Assembly: GCA_051294375.1 (NCBI GenBank)
Contig: CM119269.1
Span: 16,295,010-16,359,009, forward strand
Length of the DNA: 64,000 nucleotides
Reading direction: 5' to 3'
Source: Paraspadella gotoi
Taxonomy: Eukaryota; Animalia; Chaetognatha
The translations under genes were made by a program, and so were the position numbers. The notes under the pieces were generated by a model. It was not told the origin of the DNA, made no database searches, and worked only from the letters and a program-made list of their open reading frames with translations. Positions 10,557 through 37,871 of this stretch are shown here, in pieces. Every line of letters begins with the position of its first letter. Positions within the stretch are counted from its first letter, which is position 1.

Positions 10557-13500
10557 GGAAAAACAGTTTTGTTTGACAACGATTTATTTGACACAATTTA
10601 GTCAGACATGTTTCGGCTCATTCATTTAGAGCCTTCATCAGTATTTGACAATTAATATTTTGTCTCTGTTGAATAAGTTTTTTGAGAGAGAGAAAGAGAG
10701 AGAGAGAGAGAGAAATTGAGGGAAAGTTTCCAACAAAGAATAAGGTAAGGGACAGTGGTCAGATCTGAGGACAGCTGAAGGTGAGGAGAGGGGAGAAGTA
10801 AGTCTTTGAAAAATGAAATGAGAGTGGGAGAGAGAGAGAGAGAGAGAGAGCAAAGCAAAAATTTTTTAAACAATACATTTAGCAATGTATAACAGAGATA
10901 AAATGCATGAAATCTAAACATAAACTGAAATTAATGTTAACAATAGAAATAATAATTAGTAGAATAAAGTGAAATTTGAAATAAAAATAAGTGTGAGGAT
11001 AGATAAGTGAAGAAAAGAAAGTAAGTAAAAAAAGAGCTCAAAATGAGCTGGCCCCCCCCCCGCGGGCAAATGAAGGACGTTGACGATAAAGTCGGGTCAT
11101 TGCCTGTCATAGGTTGCGAGGGTATACTTGTAGAGTTTGATATGCTTGGATCCGGAAGAGATCCGCTTGGGAAAATGCCAAGTGCTACTCGTATATCCCT
11201 TTGGCCTGATAAGCCTGCCGACAGCCCTCCTCTCACCTGACGGTGAGGCAGGCAGTTGCCTGTTCATTTTTGAGCTCTTTCTTTTACTTACTTTCACTTT
11301 TCTTCACTTATCTATCCCTCACCACTTATTTTTTATTTCAAATTTCACTTTATTCTACTACCTTATTAATTTCTATTGTTAACATTAATTTCAGTTTATG
11401 TTTAGATTTCATGCATTTTATCTCTGTTGTACATTGCTAAATGTATTGTTTAAAAAATTTTTGCTTTGCTCTCTCTCTCTCTCCCACTCTCATTTCATTT
11501 TTCAAAGACTTACTTCTTCCCTCTCCTCACCTTCAGCTGTCCTCAGATCTGACCACTGTCCCTTACCTTATTCTTTGTTGGAAATCTCCCTCAATTTCTT
11601 CTCTCTCCTCTCTCTTCTCTCTCTCAAAAAACTTACTTCAACAGAGACAAAATATTGATTGTCAAACACTGATGAAGGCTCTAAATGAATGAGCCGAAAC
11701 ATGTCTGACTAAATTGTGTCAAATAAATCGTTGTCAAACAAAACTGTTTTTCCTAATACCTCAAAAACAACGAAAGGAGAGTATATACATAATATTATTA
11801 TTATTAAAATAAAAAATTAAATTTTTTTTGATTTATAATATTTAATATAATTATTATAATTATAAAAATTAATATTTTATTTTAATTTTATATTTTTTAA
11901 TTATACCATGATAAAAAAAATTGTCGCAGTTTAGAAAAATTAGCTAATTTTATTGTAAAATATAATTTTTTAAGCATATATACTTTTTAATATATAGTAC
12001 TACCTTTCTCGGATTGAATAAAAAAATTCATTCTCAACACTATAATTATAATTTATATAATATTTTTATATATTATATAATAATATAAAAAATTTAAAAA
12101 AATATTTTTCTAGCATTTGGGACTCACAAGCAACACTGTGCGACGATTTTGTTTTTAATAAGTTTTTATTGGACTTTTTTTAAATTTTGCATTATATTTG
12201 AGAAAACGCTTTTGAATTAAGCCCGCGCTCTACCTGATTTGAATAGTAAAATCAATACAGTTTCTGTCAATTGTGTTCAAAATTGAAAAAAATGAAGGCT
12301 TGACTATGCAGTTTTCACCTAAAAAACCAGTTCATTTGATTGCTTTATCAAGCAATTAAGATTGCAAGAATTTTAATTTTCCTTTTTTCATCATGTGGAG
12401 AAAACAATAAGGTTTCGGAAACTGTACTGATATGTATGATTTGGTCTTTTTTACTCAAGAGCCAGGCGGTTTTCATGGAATAGGGAAAAAACGGCCTGAC
12501 CAGTGACCAGTCCATTTAAATACCATTTTTGGGCATGATAAAATGAGAATTTTGATCGCGCTCTACCTCCATTGGCTTCCCAAGACGCCAAGCTTTCGAA
12601 ATCTGCCCATATTGACATAATTTGTTTTGGCCTTGACTATGCAGTTTTGAATAGAAGTGAAATATAAAGGAAACTTGATCGGAGCTTCGATTCGAAGATG
12701 CGCATCTCTAATAATATGTTTGAAAAAATTTTATTTTTCATGCATAATCTCAAACGATAACTCATTTCGTTTAAAAACCTGCTGCTCTCGAAGGAAATCC
12801 GAACATTTTTTAAGTTGGCCACCGAGCACAAAAAGAAGCTGAAAGCGTTGACCATTGAAGGCTTTGCGGCAGACGCAGCAGCGCGTTCTTCTCGTTCCGC
12901 AGCATCGACGGCGAGCAACTCGAAGATGAAAGACTTTCCTCTGACGCCGTCGGAACTGTAGATCGTCTGCGACCAAAACTTGCACAGTCGCGCCACCCTC
13001 CGACAGAATTGGGAATAACGAAAAATCCATTTGACGCTTTGGATGGAAAGCGTTAACAGTTTGTCGCGGCCGGCGGAATTCAAAGATTTGGCAAGTTGGA
13101 GGTCCTTCTGCATAAATGAATTTAGAAAATTCGAATAGCTTATGTATGATGTAATCAGTATAAATTTGTTGTAAGCTTTTTATGACCACTTCTGGTTTAT
13201 AAGTATAACACAGCGTCGCTCCTTTCTTTTCCTGTGAGTCACAAACCTTTAACTGTTGCAACTCCACATCCTCAACTCCTTTGTGGGGAAAGACCCGGTT
13301 CTTGACGGGGACCACATCGAAGGAAACTTCTTCAATGGTGAAATGAAGAATGAAAGGGGTATGGCGAATCTCGTCTCTCCGAAACCCCATCTCTTTGATC
13401 AGAATGTCCTCCCAGTCTTCGAGGACCACGGGGCGTTCTACGTCCTCGTTGTAGAAGATGACGACGTCGGCGTCGGCGCTCAAGCATGTGGAGGTGTTCT

Positions 13501-13654
13501 TGGCCACGCCACCCACAAGGCGGCACCTGTCCAATGAATATCTTGAGTTGCGCTTTAGAGCCTCAAAGACCTCGGTTGACTTCTTGGAGGCGAGGTCGAG
13601 CCATTCCCGAGGCGGAGAGATGGACTCGGCGAAATGGCGCAACTTTGATTCCAT
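8156..13654 (-). CDS. 2'-5' oligoadenylate synthetase-like nucleotidyltransferase, 3 exons, ~440 aa
   Basis: Exons 13654-13247, 13107-12779 and 8741-8156 join in frame. Motifs: LVGGVAKNT..DADVV (hG[GS]x9-13DhD), third Asp in SFDVVP, RLCKFW, KSFIFELL and PLLMNPCNPYQN (OAS 'ILDPADPTxN' equivalent). Confidence 0.88.
9235..9490 (-). mobile_element. Helentron/HINE (DINE-1-like) repeat fragment
   Basis: Reverse complement of ~29240-29560; internal gtctgtccgtccgtctgtcc microsatellite. Confidence 0.6.
9596..9643. repeat. (GATA)n microsatellite
   Basis: Direct reading of the sequence. Confidence 0.95.
10601..10649 (-). ncRNA. Minimal type I hammerhead ribozyme motif (left arm, same strand as OAS pre-mRNA)
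   Basis: Minus strand reads CTGATGA-A-GGCTC-taaatgaat-GAGCC-GAAAC-AT-GTC-TGAC. Confidence 0.8.
11661..11709 (+). ncRNA. Minimal type I hammerhead ribozyme motif (right arm)
   Basis: gtcaaaca-CTGATGA-A-GGCTC-taaatgaat-GAGCC-GAAAC-AT-GTC-tgac. Confidence 0.8.
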
Positions 13655-15087
13655 GATGAGCGAAGTTGATAAGAAAAATGGCTCTGAGAATGAGACGAGG
13701 AATTTTCAGTTAAAAAATAAATCATACCTACGTTTATTTTTGGTATGTAAAACAGACAAATCTAGCAATTTTCAACTTGTGATATTTTGCTAAACACATT
13801 GGAAACTAAAATTCAATGTTGGTAATCGTTAAAAATATATAAGGGACAGCTGATTCAACCAAATCGATGTATTTTGTAAAAGGGAAAAGAAAAAAAAACT
13901 TGAAGAAAAAATTATTCGACGAAGACGATGAATTAAACGAAGTATTCACAATTATCTGTAAATTTCTCATCAATGAATTTCGGTCCTCGATCTTAAGCAT
14001 TTTCTGGGAAATGCTGAATGACTTTTGAGTGGTCAACGTTATATCATAAGCGGGAGAATCGACTAATGAGAAAAGTGATGTGGCGGAAATGTGAATCTGA
14101 TTGGTCAGTGACTCAGTTCAGCGTACGAAAGACGTTTCGACCTTGAACCGGCAAGTGTTCACTTGTTGATTCGAATTAATTACTTCTTTCATAACGCACA
14201 CTCTAGTGTTTATTCCGAAAAGTTTTTATTCACCCTTTGTTTTAGTATATCACTTTCCTTGAAATATTACTTTTTATAGGGGGTACAACATGCATAAATA
14301 TGTTTATATATAAGTAAATACATAAATACTGCATCTTCTAAATTGACGCTTTGCATTATAATTTTCTACAAAATACATATAGCTTTTTTTCCAATTTAAT
14401 TTCTCTCGAAAAAACACTTTAAAATTTGTTATTCAAAACATCAAAGGCAATTTCAACGATGTTAATAATTTCGTCTTTAGTCGTGAAGAATCTACTTTTG
14501 CTTTCGGTTCAAACTATCACTCTTCGTTACACTCGACGAAAGAGAGAGAGAGATCCTATTCACCGTATTTAAATTTAAAAAGAAAAAGTTCGAGTAAAGA
14601 AAAACCAGTTCAAAATCAAGATCGAACGTTTTGGCCAATAGAAATTCTCTAAACTTTTTCCTAGACCAATGAGGATTCACCTCGACCAATCGCGTCGCAA
14701 AAACGAAAGAGTGCATATTTACTTGTTTTTCAACCGAGATAAAATATTGGTCGGTCGATTATCAGGGAGAGAAATTAAAGGAGCTGCTAATAACTCCCGA
14801 TGCTGTGGCGTGTTGTGGTCCGAAGTGGTTTTTTTCGCCGGGACGGAGGGAGCAACAATAAAAATAATAATAAACGCAAAAAGTCGTTAAAAAACTCAAC
14901 CGAATCGTCTGGGGAATCTGCAGCATCATCTCACCCATCGACAAGTGAGCTACATCACTTTTTTTTCGAGTGGTAAAAAAAAAAATAATCTGATGGGACT
15001 CAAAAACAATTTAAAGGAAAATTTACGCAGAAAACTAATATAAAAATACGACCCCAACGACATTAAAAAAAAAAGACATCAACGACG

Positions 15088-18000
15088 ATGGCGAAGCGAC
15101 CTTCGCGCCTCTCACAATCGCTCTACACGGCGTTGGACTCTAGCGGCGCCACTGGCGCTGGCGGCGGCTCTGATCGCGGTTTGTCGGCGGCGCGGCGCAA
15201 CGCCTGGCATTTCGAGTGCGCCTGGGAGGTGGCCAACAAAGTCGGGGGCATCTACACGGTCATCCGATCCAAAGCCGGTATTGCGGAGAGGAAGCGTGGG
15301 AGAAGGGAAGAGAGAAATGGGGTCAAAATGTAAATATGGACAGAGAATAAATAAGGATGGTCCGAAGAGGAAAAACGTAACATTGAATATCATTGAAATG
15401 TTATTGAATTGGAAATTGAAAAGGAGCGAAGTAGGGTTTAACCAATAACCCAAAAAAGCCTGTCAAAAGCCAGGGGCGACATAACTTATTTGTTCATATA
15501 TCCTGAACCCCTCAGCCGTGACCATGGAAGAGCTCGGCGAGCAGTATTGTCTTTTGGGTCCCTACAGCGATCTATCTGTCAAGACAGAAGTGGAAGAGAT
15601 GGAACCGTTGTCCTCTGGACAAAGCAGGTGACATTTCGTAACAATCATCATTTGTACTACAAAAATTTAAGAAACATCCGGGTATTCCGGGTAACCTAAA
15701 TTAATTTTTCTCAGTACACTATTGAGCAATATTCAAACAGAATTTTGCTTTAACGAGTAAGATATGAATTTTTATACTCATAAAATGTATTTTTGGAGTC
15801 TTGATTAATTAGGACATCATCGGTTACAACTAACCGACATCTCGAAAAGTTCAGCGGGGTGTAGTGGAAAATTAAATTAGGTCGGAGATAAAGTCATTCG
15901 ATCTTTAAAAACAAGTTTTAGCGACTGTACATATTTTGACCTGTTTTTTTCAGACCATTGATACCGATTGATATTAAATACATATTACGTAATCGAAACG
16001 ATGACTTAATTATTATATATTTTAGAAAATATAATAGCATACTTTAGTAAACTAAAGATACAGTTGTAAACACAATTTTTTCTCTTAGTTGCTCTGTAGG
16101 CTTGATACATTAGGCCCGTCGATTATATCAACATATTTTTTCTTGGAGGCCAGAACCTAGAACCATTCGGATAAAAAATGCTGCGTTACTAAACTTTATT
16201 GGCTATTTAAAGTCATTTTATTTCTATTGAAAAATGTTGTCACCTTTTGACTTTTTGGGATGTTCTTTTGTTGCAGATTCCTCAAACGAGCGATCGATTC
16301 GATGAGATCTCGAGGAATCAAAATTTCGTACGGACGATGGCTAATAGATGGATATCCCCAGGTCAATACTGCTTATTAAGATCTTTGTTATTATTCAATA
16401 TTGAAACTATTAACAGCATTATGTGGAAGTACAAAAACAAAAACAACAACAGGCAACTTGGACCTTATGTAATATATCTGTCTCTTTCTCTCTCTCTCCT
16501 TCCCTCCCTAAGCTCCCTCTCTTCCCCCCTCTCTCTCTCCCACTCCCCAACTGATTTCACGACTCATCTTCTTACGTTTTTCCAATTTTCCAATGGCTAG
16601 AAGTAGCACTCGGTCTAAAACAGGCCGTGTCCACAATCAACGAAAATAAAAATCAGGGATAATCACAACAAAATAAAATTCAGGTCGTCCTTTTCGACGT
16701 GGACTCCGCCGCGTGGGCGGAAGGAGAAGCCAAAGGCGAATTGTGGGAAAAGGCGCGAATCGGGATTCCCTCTCATGTGAGATTAATCATTAAATCAATC
16801 ATTATATCAATAAACCAATACATCAAAATAATAATAATCCATAAATCAACCCCGTAACGAGCATGCAATCGTCGGAAACAGAATTATATTTATATATTTT
16901 TTCTATCTAGCTACCAAGTATTATTGATTAAAATTCAACTCGATCTTTAATAAACACATTAACAATATTTATACCGGACATCTGTTAGTTTGTAACCTGT
17001 TCCGCCTCTCCCTTCACCCTTTTCCTCTCAGGACCGTGAAGCGGCCAAGTCGGTCGTCTTCGGTTTCCTCGTCGCCTGGTTCGTCGGCGAGTTCCGTCAC
17101 CAACTCTCGCTCGAGCACCAGTCGTCGTCTTCGCCCTCCCTTCGCGGTCCGCCACGACCTAAGGTGCAGGCGCACTTTCACGAGTGGCAGGCGGGCGTAG
17201 GACTGATCCTCTGCCGCCTACGCCATCTAGACGTCAGCACCATGTTCACCACTCACGCCACTCTGCTCGGGCGCCATCTTTGCGCCGGAGCAGTCGATTT
17301 TTACAACAATTTGCAGGTACATATTAAAATTATATAGATTAATTGCTTCTAATTGATTGATTGATTCTTTTGATTCTTTTGTTTTCCCTCCCAGCATTTC
17401 GACGCCGACCGCGAGGCGTCCAACCGCGGCATCTTCCACCGCTATTGCATCGAGCGCGCCTCGGTGCACCTGGCCCACGTCTTCACCACGGTCTCGCAGG
17501 TGACGGGTCTCGAGGCGCAGCACTTGCTCGGTCGTGCCCCCGACGTCGTCACGCCCAACGGGCTCGCCGTCAAGAAGTTCGCCGCCCTTCACGAGTTTCA
17601 GAACCTCCACGCTTTGGCCAAAGGTTGGAATATGACAATCGGGAGAATCAAGGAATATCAAAATGATGAATTTAAAAGTACAAAATCGTTTGGAATAGTT
17701 CTAATCAATTAATTAATTAAATTGATTAAATTGATATAATTAATGAATATTTAATTAATTAGTTTCAATAACTTCATTAATTAACTTACCCACAACTTTC
17801 CTACCCCCACCTATCCCTCAGGCAAGATCCACGACTTCGTCCGCGGTCATTTCTACGGTCACTACGACTTCGATCTGGACAAGACGCTCTACTTCTTCAT
17901 CGCCGGTCGCTACGAGTTTTCCAACAAAGGTTGAAAAAGATGCGCCCGACAGACAGACGGACCAGACCTGTAAACGGACCGACCGACCAACCTCTTTGTG

Positions 18001-19551
18001 TCTTACCAGGTCGCGGTTTGCATTAAAAACTAATCGGTTCGCCATTCACTTTTTTTATAAAAGGGGCCGATCTCTTCATCGAGTCGCTCGCCAGGCTCAA
18101 CCACAGTCTTCAACGAGTCGGATCCGACGTCACTGTGGTTGCCTTCATCATCATGCCCACAAAGACGAACAACTTCAACGTGGAATCGTTGAGAGGTGAG
18201 AGGATGGTGTTTGGTCAATGAAGCTTTTTCTGTTATTTATTTCGTTGTAATCTTATCCAATGTTCAGTGTTCCATATTCATGAAGTCTAATTAAATTCAT
18301 ATTCTGCAATTTTCGCAGGCCAAGCCATATCCAAACAACTCCGCATGACCGTCGACGAGGTTCAGCGGGATATCGGCAACCGCCTGTTCGAACTTTGCCT
18401 CCGCGGTCGCGTCCCCACGGGCGCCGACATCGTCTTCAAAGAAGACGTCGTCAAACTCAAGCGATGCACCTTCTCCGTCTCTCGCGACGCCCTCCCGCCC
18501 GTCTGCACCCACAACGTGCTCAACGACGCCGACGACGAGGTTTTGGGGGCGATCAGGCGGTGTTGCCTCTTCAACAAGCGCGAGGACCGCGTCAAGGTCG
18601 TCTTCCATCCGGAGTTCCTCAACTCGACCAACCCGCTCTTCGCCATTGACTACGAAGAGTTCGCCAGGGGATGCCATTTGGGGGTAAGGGGGAGTTCTTT
18701 GGGGGGGAGGGCTTGTTAGATCTCTGAGGTGGTGTTATGGAATGATGTGGAGATGAATGGGAGTTTTGGGAGGTTATATGCAGGAATTATTTTATATTTC
18801 AACCTGCTAAAGAGTGTTTTTAAGAGGTAAGGATTCCATTCGCTTTTCTTTTGTTCCCCCTTCCGTCCCCTTTCTTGGACAACAGGTCTTCCCCTCCTAC
18901 TACGAACCCTGGGGCTACACCCCCGCAGAATGCACCGTCATGGGTATCCCCTCCGTGTCGACGAACCTCTCGGGCTTCGGATGCTTTATGGCGGAGCACG
19001 TCGCCGACCCTCTCTCCTACGGCATCTACCTGGTGGACCGACGCAGCAAGTCCCCGGAAGAGTCTGTCCAGCAGCTCGAGCGCTACATGTTCGAGTTTTG
19101 CGGCCTCACGCGCCGGCAGCGGATCATCCAGCGCAACCGGACGGAGCGCTTGAGCGATCTCCTCGACTGGAAGAACCTGGGAGGCTATTATCGGCGGGCG
19201 AGGGCGTTGGCGCTGGATAAGGCTTTCGGCGGGGAGTTGGGGGAGGCGGTGGAGGAAGGGGAGGAGGGGCTCGAAGAAGAGTTGGACGTGTTGGTCCCGA
19301 GGCCGATGTCGGCGCCGGCGTCTAGATCCGTGTCGCCGACGAGGGAGTTGGAGGAGGAAGAGGAAGAGGAAAACGACGAGTTGGAGGTGGAGACGATGGG
19401 AGGAGGTGGTGGCGGTGAGATGATGGAGGGAGTGGGGGAGGAAAAGAAGGAAGAGAGAGAAGCGACGAATGTGGCGAAGAAGAGAAGGCAAGGAAAAACT
19501 GAAAAAGACAACGGCCATGAGATAGAAAATGACAATGATAATAACGATTGA
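15088..19551 (+). CDS. GYS: Glycogen synthase (GT3), 10 exons, ~754 aa
   Basis: Exons 15088-15277, 15516-15627, 16277-16361, 16684-16776, 17032-17316, 17395-17623, 17822-17929, 18064-18195, 18319-18683, 18886-19551, all in phase. Motifs [43 protein letters not shown] and [14 protein letters not shown]. Confidence 0.98.
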
Positions 19552-20785
19552 CACGTCGATCATGAACGAACGGAGACTGCTTACAATTTAGATAGCACAA
19601 TCCTTGCGGAAATTATTTTTTTTTTTATTGCCACAAGCGATCATTTTTTTTCGAGGTTTATTGATTTGAGACCAGTTACAAATTATTAATACATGTAGAG
19701 TTGAATTGCGTTTTTTCTTTGTTGACTAAATTTTGGATTTCATTTTTTTTTTTCCCTTGGGCTTGCAGTAACGTAAATAATTAAATTAGAAATTAGATAG
19801 TCATCGCCTCACTTCTCTTTAACACGGCTATAGCTATCTGTAAACGTCAGGCGGGGTCGCGAATTTGTCTTCCTTTCTTTTGATGGAATAATAATAATAA
19901 CCGGGCGGGGAAGAAATAAGTCAAAAGGTGGGCCTGTGGGTTGGAGAAATTCGATTTAGTTGAATTGTTTTAATTAAATCATTTTGGCACCGGTAATGAT
20001 TTTTTTTTCTCTCTTAGACTCTCTTGCTCTAAGTTAGAGCAAGCTATAATCATAATTTAAGAAGTGAAATTCGAAAATCTTTTGTTTTTATCGGGCAAAA
20101 CCTGTTCCTTCAAAATATACGGCGAAGCTCGATCGGGAGACCTAATGATTTGTTACGCAACTGGTTTCCGGAATGATTTCTATTACTAAGTGCCGCTCGG
20201 GGCGAGGGCGGCCGTTTGGGATGAAGCCCTGCCTAAAGGGTGTGCCCCAGTTGGACGAGATTGGACGATGTGGACGAGTTTTCAGATGAAAGCTTTTCAT
20301 ATTAGGTTAACGGTTTAACAATAATAATGACTAAATTATGATCCAAAATTCCAGTCAACTCTGATTTAAATTTAAGCAATAAAAGCGGCAAAACTCTACT
20401 GGTTTCGTCGGCTTGGCAAGAGAGAGAGATTATTATGGATATTTTTGGGATTTTCTCAGGTCAGGCCAGTTCCCGACGAAGGAGCAGGTTAGGGGCGTGG
20501 GCCCTTCGCCGCTTATCTGTAGGGGCGGCGAGAGCTTGAAAAAGGACGAGGATAGTGACTCTCCGCAACAGGACACCCGTCCCTTCTTCGTAGACATCGC
20601 AGTCCGCATTGAAACTCTGTGCTTAACAACTTCTGATCGCATCTTCCGCAGACGTCGATTCTTTTTCGATCTTTGAGACTTGGCACGCGAAGAGCGAAGA
20701 GCGAGACTCCTTATTTACTTTTCTTTTTGAATTTATAAATGACAACAAAAGTTTTTTAGTGCCGGACAACTAGACAATGAAAACG

Positions 20786-20857
<72 letters not shown>

Positions 20858-21233
20858 CATGTGTCTTTATTCGCGCTCCGCCTTTAGTAAAGCCACGTCA
20901 TTTCACTTTATATGACACGACGCAACGTTGGTTGGAAAGTCATTATGCCGAATTTCATTTTCGTGGAGATTCGACCCTTTTAACCTTTTATCATATTTAA
21001 CATTTACCGATTTTATTAGTAAACTGGACGTCAAGAAATTGTTTTTGTACTTTTATTTTCATTCAAAAACCAAAATAAAATTTTTGATTAAATGTAACAA
21101 TAAACAATTGAAATAAAATTTTTTTAGAGGTAAAAGACCTTTGTGATCGTATGTGTAGTTTTAAACATTTTTAGCGATTTTCTCAGGTTAGAAAAAATAT
21201 TAAAAATTTATAGAATTAAATTAATCGTTAAAA

Positions 21234-35625
<14,392 letters not shown>

Positions 35626-36024
35626 TTCCCTCTATCGTGAAGACGTGGAAGTAAAAGAGACGATGGGAATGGACTTCGCGAAAGAACGGGCAAAATGGTG
35701 AACAAATAACATTCATTAATTAGTATGTATACATTGACAGTATATATCTCGATAAGGGAAACGATTCATTTGTCATGCGAAAGTTTTTTATTTTTTTATT
35801 GCAGTCATTATAAATTTTGTTTCAGTTGAAGCAAACCACATGAAAAATTGTTAATCTGTACATACTAGGAGAACAAAAGATAAACTTTTAAAGCTGATGG
35901 TTATTTGTTGCGAGATCGAAGTAAAATTGTAAGTAAGCGTCCATGTGGGACTGAGACAAAGAGTTAATTTCCAAATTCCGGATGGACAAAAACAAAAGAC
36001 GAAAAGAAAGACGGGCGTTTTGAT

Positions 36025-36942
36025 TCAGTCAAGGGTCTTGATCCAGGGCAGCCTGTCCACTCTGGCCGCGTCCGGCCACACGAAGCGATCCGCGACTTCA
36101 GTGAGAGGAATCTTCCAGTTTTGCGGCATTTGCGGTCGACCGGAGGTTTGGAGGTTGGCCGGCGCGTTGATTGTGAAGGGGCTGTGGAAGAGGGGGGGCG
36201 GATAAAATGGGGGTTGGAATGATTGAGATATAAATGAAAGGAAACTAAACTTTAAATGTGTTTCTCTCATTGTTTAAAGTGTAGATTATTATGTAGTTTG
36301 GAGGCATGGTAAGTTCATTTATGTTTACACAACTTTTTTCAATTATCTTCGTCTATTTCGATTCGTGATTCTTTTTAAACTTACCGACGCTCATGGTCAC
36401 TTCCCAATCTCACCTAGCGTCATCGGGCAACGGTTGTCCTCGATATCTGTCCGCCGATTCTGTCAAGAAGCTGCGATTCGCCTCCGCCATTTTCTGCGCC
36501 ACGCCTTGAGTCGCTCGCTGCGTCACGAGATAGAGACGCGGGTCCTCTGGCGACGCGTAACGCGATTCCGAAAATTCTGAGTAATTAAAAATGCGTTTTT
36601 ACTATGTCCACAAATTTTTCGAGAATTAAACCACACAAAAAAAATCTTAAAAGCATAAAGATCGAGCCGCTTTCGATAGTAACCAAATATTGATGCGATG
36701 ATAACCAAATATTGATGCGATGATAACCAAATATTGACGCGATGATAACCAATAATTGATGCGATGATAACAAAATGACTGATGTGATGATAATCAAATG
36801 ATTGATGCGATGATAGTCATTCATTGATATGATGATAATCATTCATTGATACGATGATAGTCATTCATTGATGCGATGATAGTGATTCATTGACGCGCTG
36901 AATCATTCATCGTAAATAAAACAAACAAATGCGTGTATGAGT

Positions 36943-36989
<47 letters not shown>

Positions 36990-37302
36990 CCCACCAACGA
37001 GACGCATTATTAGGTCACTCTCGTTTATATCGGTTATCCGTTGCCTCGCAACGGCGTCGTGAAATTGGGTCTATGTTGATTTTTTTTTATACACGTAACG
37101 CGTTATTAGGTCATGTTCCTCGACATTGTTTACTTGTTGCTCCGCAACGACCACGAAATCTAGGTTAAGTAAGTTATTGTATTTTGGGATTTTGTATTGA
37201 GATAAAATAATAAATGGCGAAAATAAATGTTTTTAGAAGGAAAAAATCCACGAAAATCTCGGAATAAATGGCGATAATAAAAGTTTTTAGAAGGAAAAAA
37301 AA

Positions 37303-37391
<89 letters not shown>

Positions 37392-37830
37392 TAGAGAGAA
37401 AAAGATTGTTCTTTTTTTAGGAAGAAACCAGACCGAGGTCAAATTTAATATTTGCATATTTAATTAATTTATAAATAGTTATCACAACTCAAATAATTAT
37501 TATTTAAAAAAAAGTTAAAAATGATTAAATATATACACTAAAAATATTTATAAATTTAATAATAGTACAAATTATCAGAATAACAAAAAAAGTAATGTTT
37601 AATTTGACTATGTCTCTCTTATCAACTCCTATTTAAGATATAATTTGCCAATAGTGGGCCAACCGGTCCAAAGTTGCAATAATAAATAAAAACAAATTTT
37701 TTTTTTTTATAATGTGATGCATGCAATTATATTATTCGGCGAAAGTGCTGATATATAATAGGTCACATTAGCTGATTTATATGTGATAATGCATATCATT
37801 ATAAGTTATTCTTCTTTTTTTAAAAAAAAT

Positions 37831-37871
<41 letters not shown>

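Larger units (their letters stand above)
10553..11790. mobile_element. Penelope-like element remnant: ~494-bp inverted repeats (10553-11046 / 11264-11757) around a ~217-bp spacer
   Basis: The arms are near-identical reverse complements and each carries a hammerhead motif; (ATT)n tracts flank both sides. Confidence 0.8.
10235..12140. mobile_element. Transib-like non-autonomous DNA element with RSS-like termini
   Basis: Both ends read inward as CACAGTG + 22 nt + AGAAAAAT. Flanks CATCG / CGACG resemble a degenerate 5-bp CGNCG target duplication. The interior is AT-rich. Confidence 0.5.

Noticed and set aside
11047-11263. Coding capacity of the spacer between the inverted arms
   Set aside because: Only short interrupted frames; might be a decayed Penelope ORF start, but no recognisable RT or GIY-YIG motif.
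14128-14170. Possible fourth hammerhead on the minus strand (…caaggtcGAAACGTC)
   Set aside because: The CUGANGA box is missing (reads caagtga); at best a decayed copy.
13655-15087. Bidirectional promoter linking the OAS-like gene and glycogen synthase
   Set aside because: The head-to-head arrangement is real, but no specific promoter elements can be supported from sequence alone.
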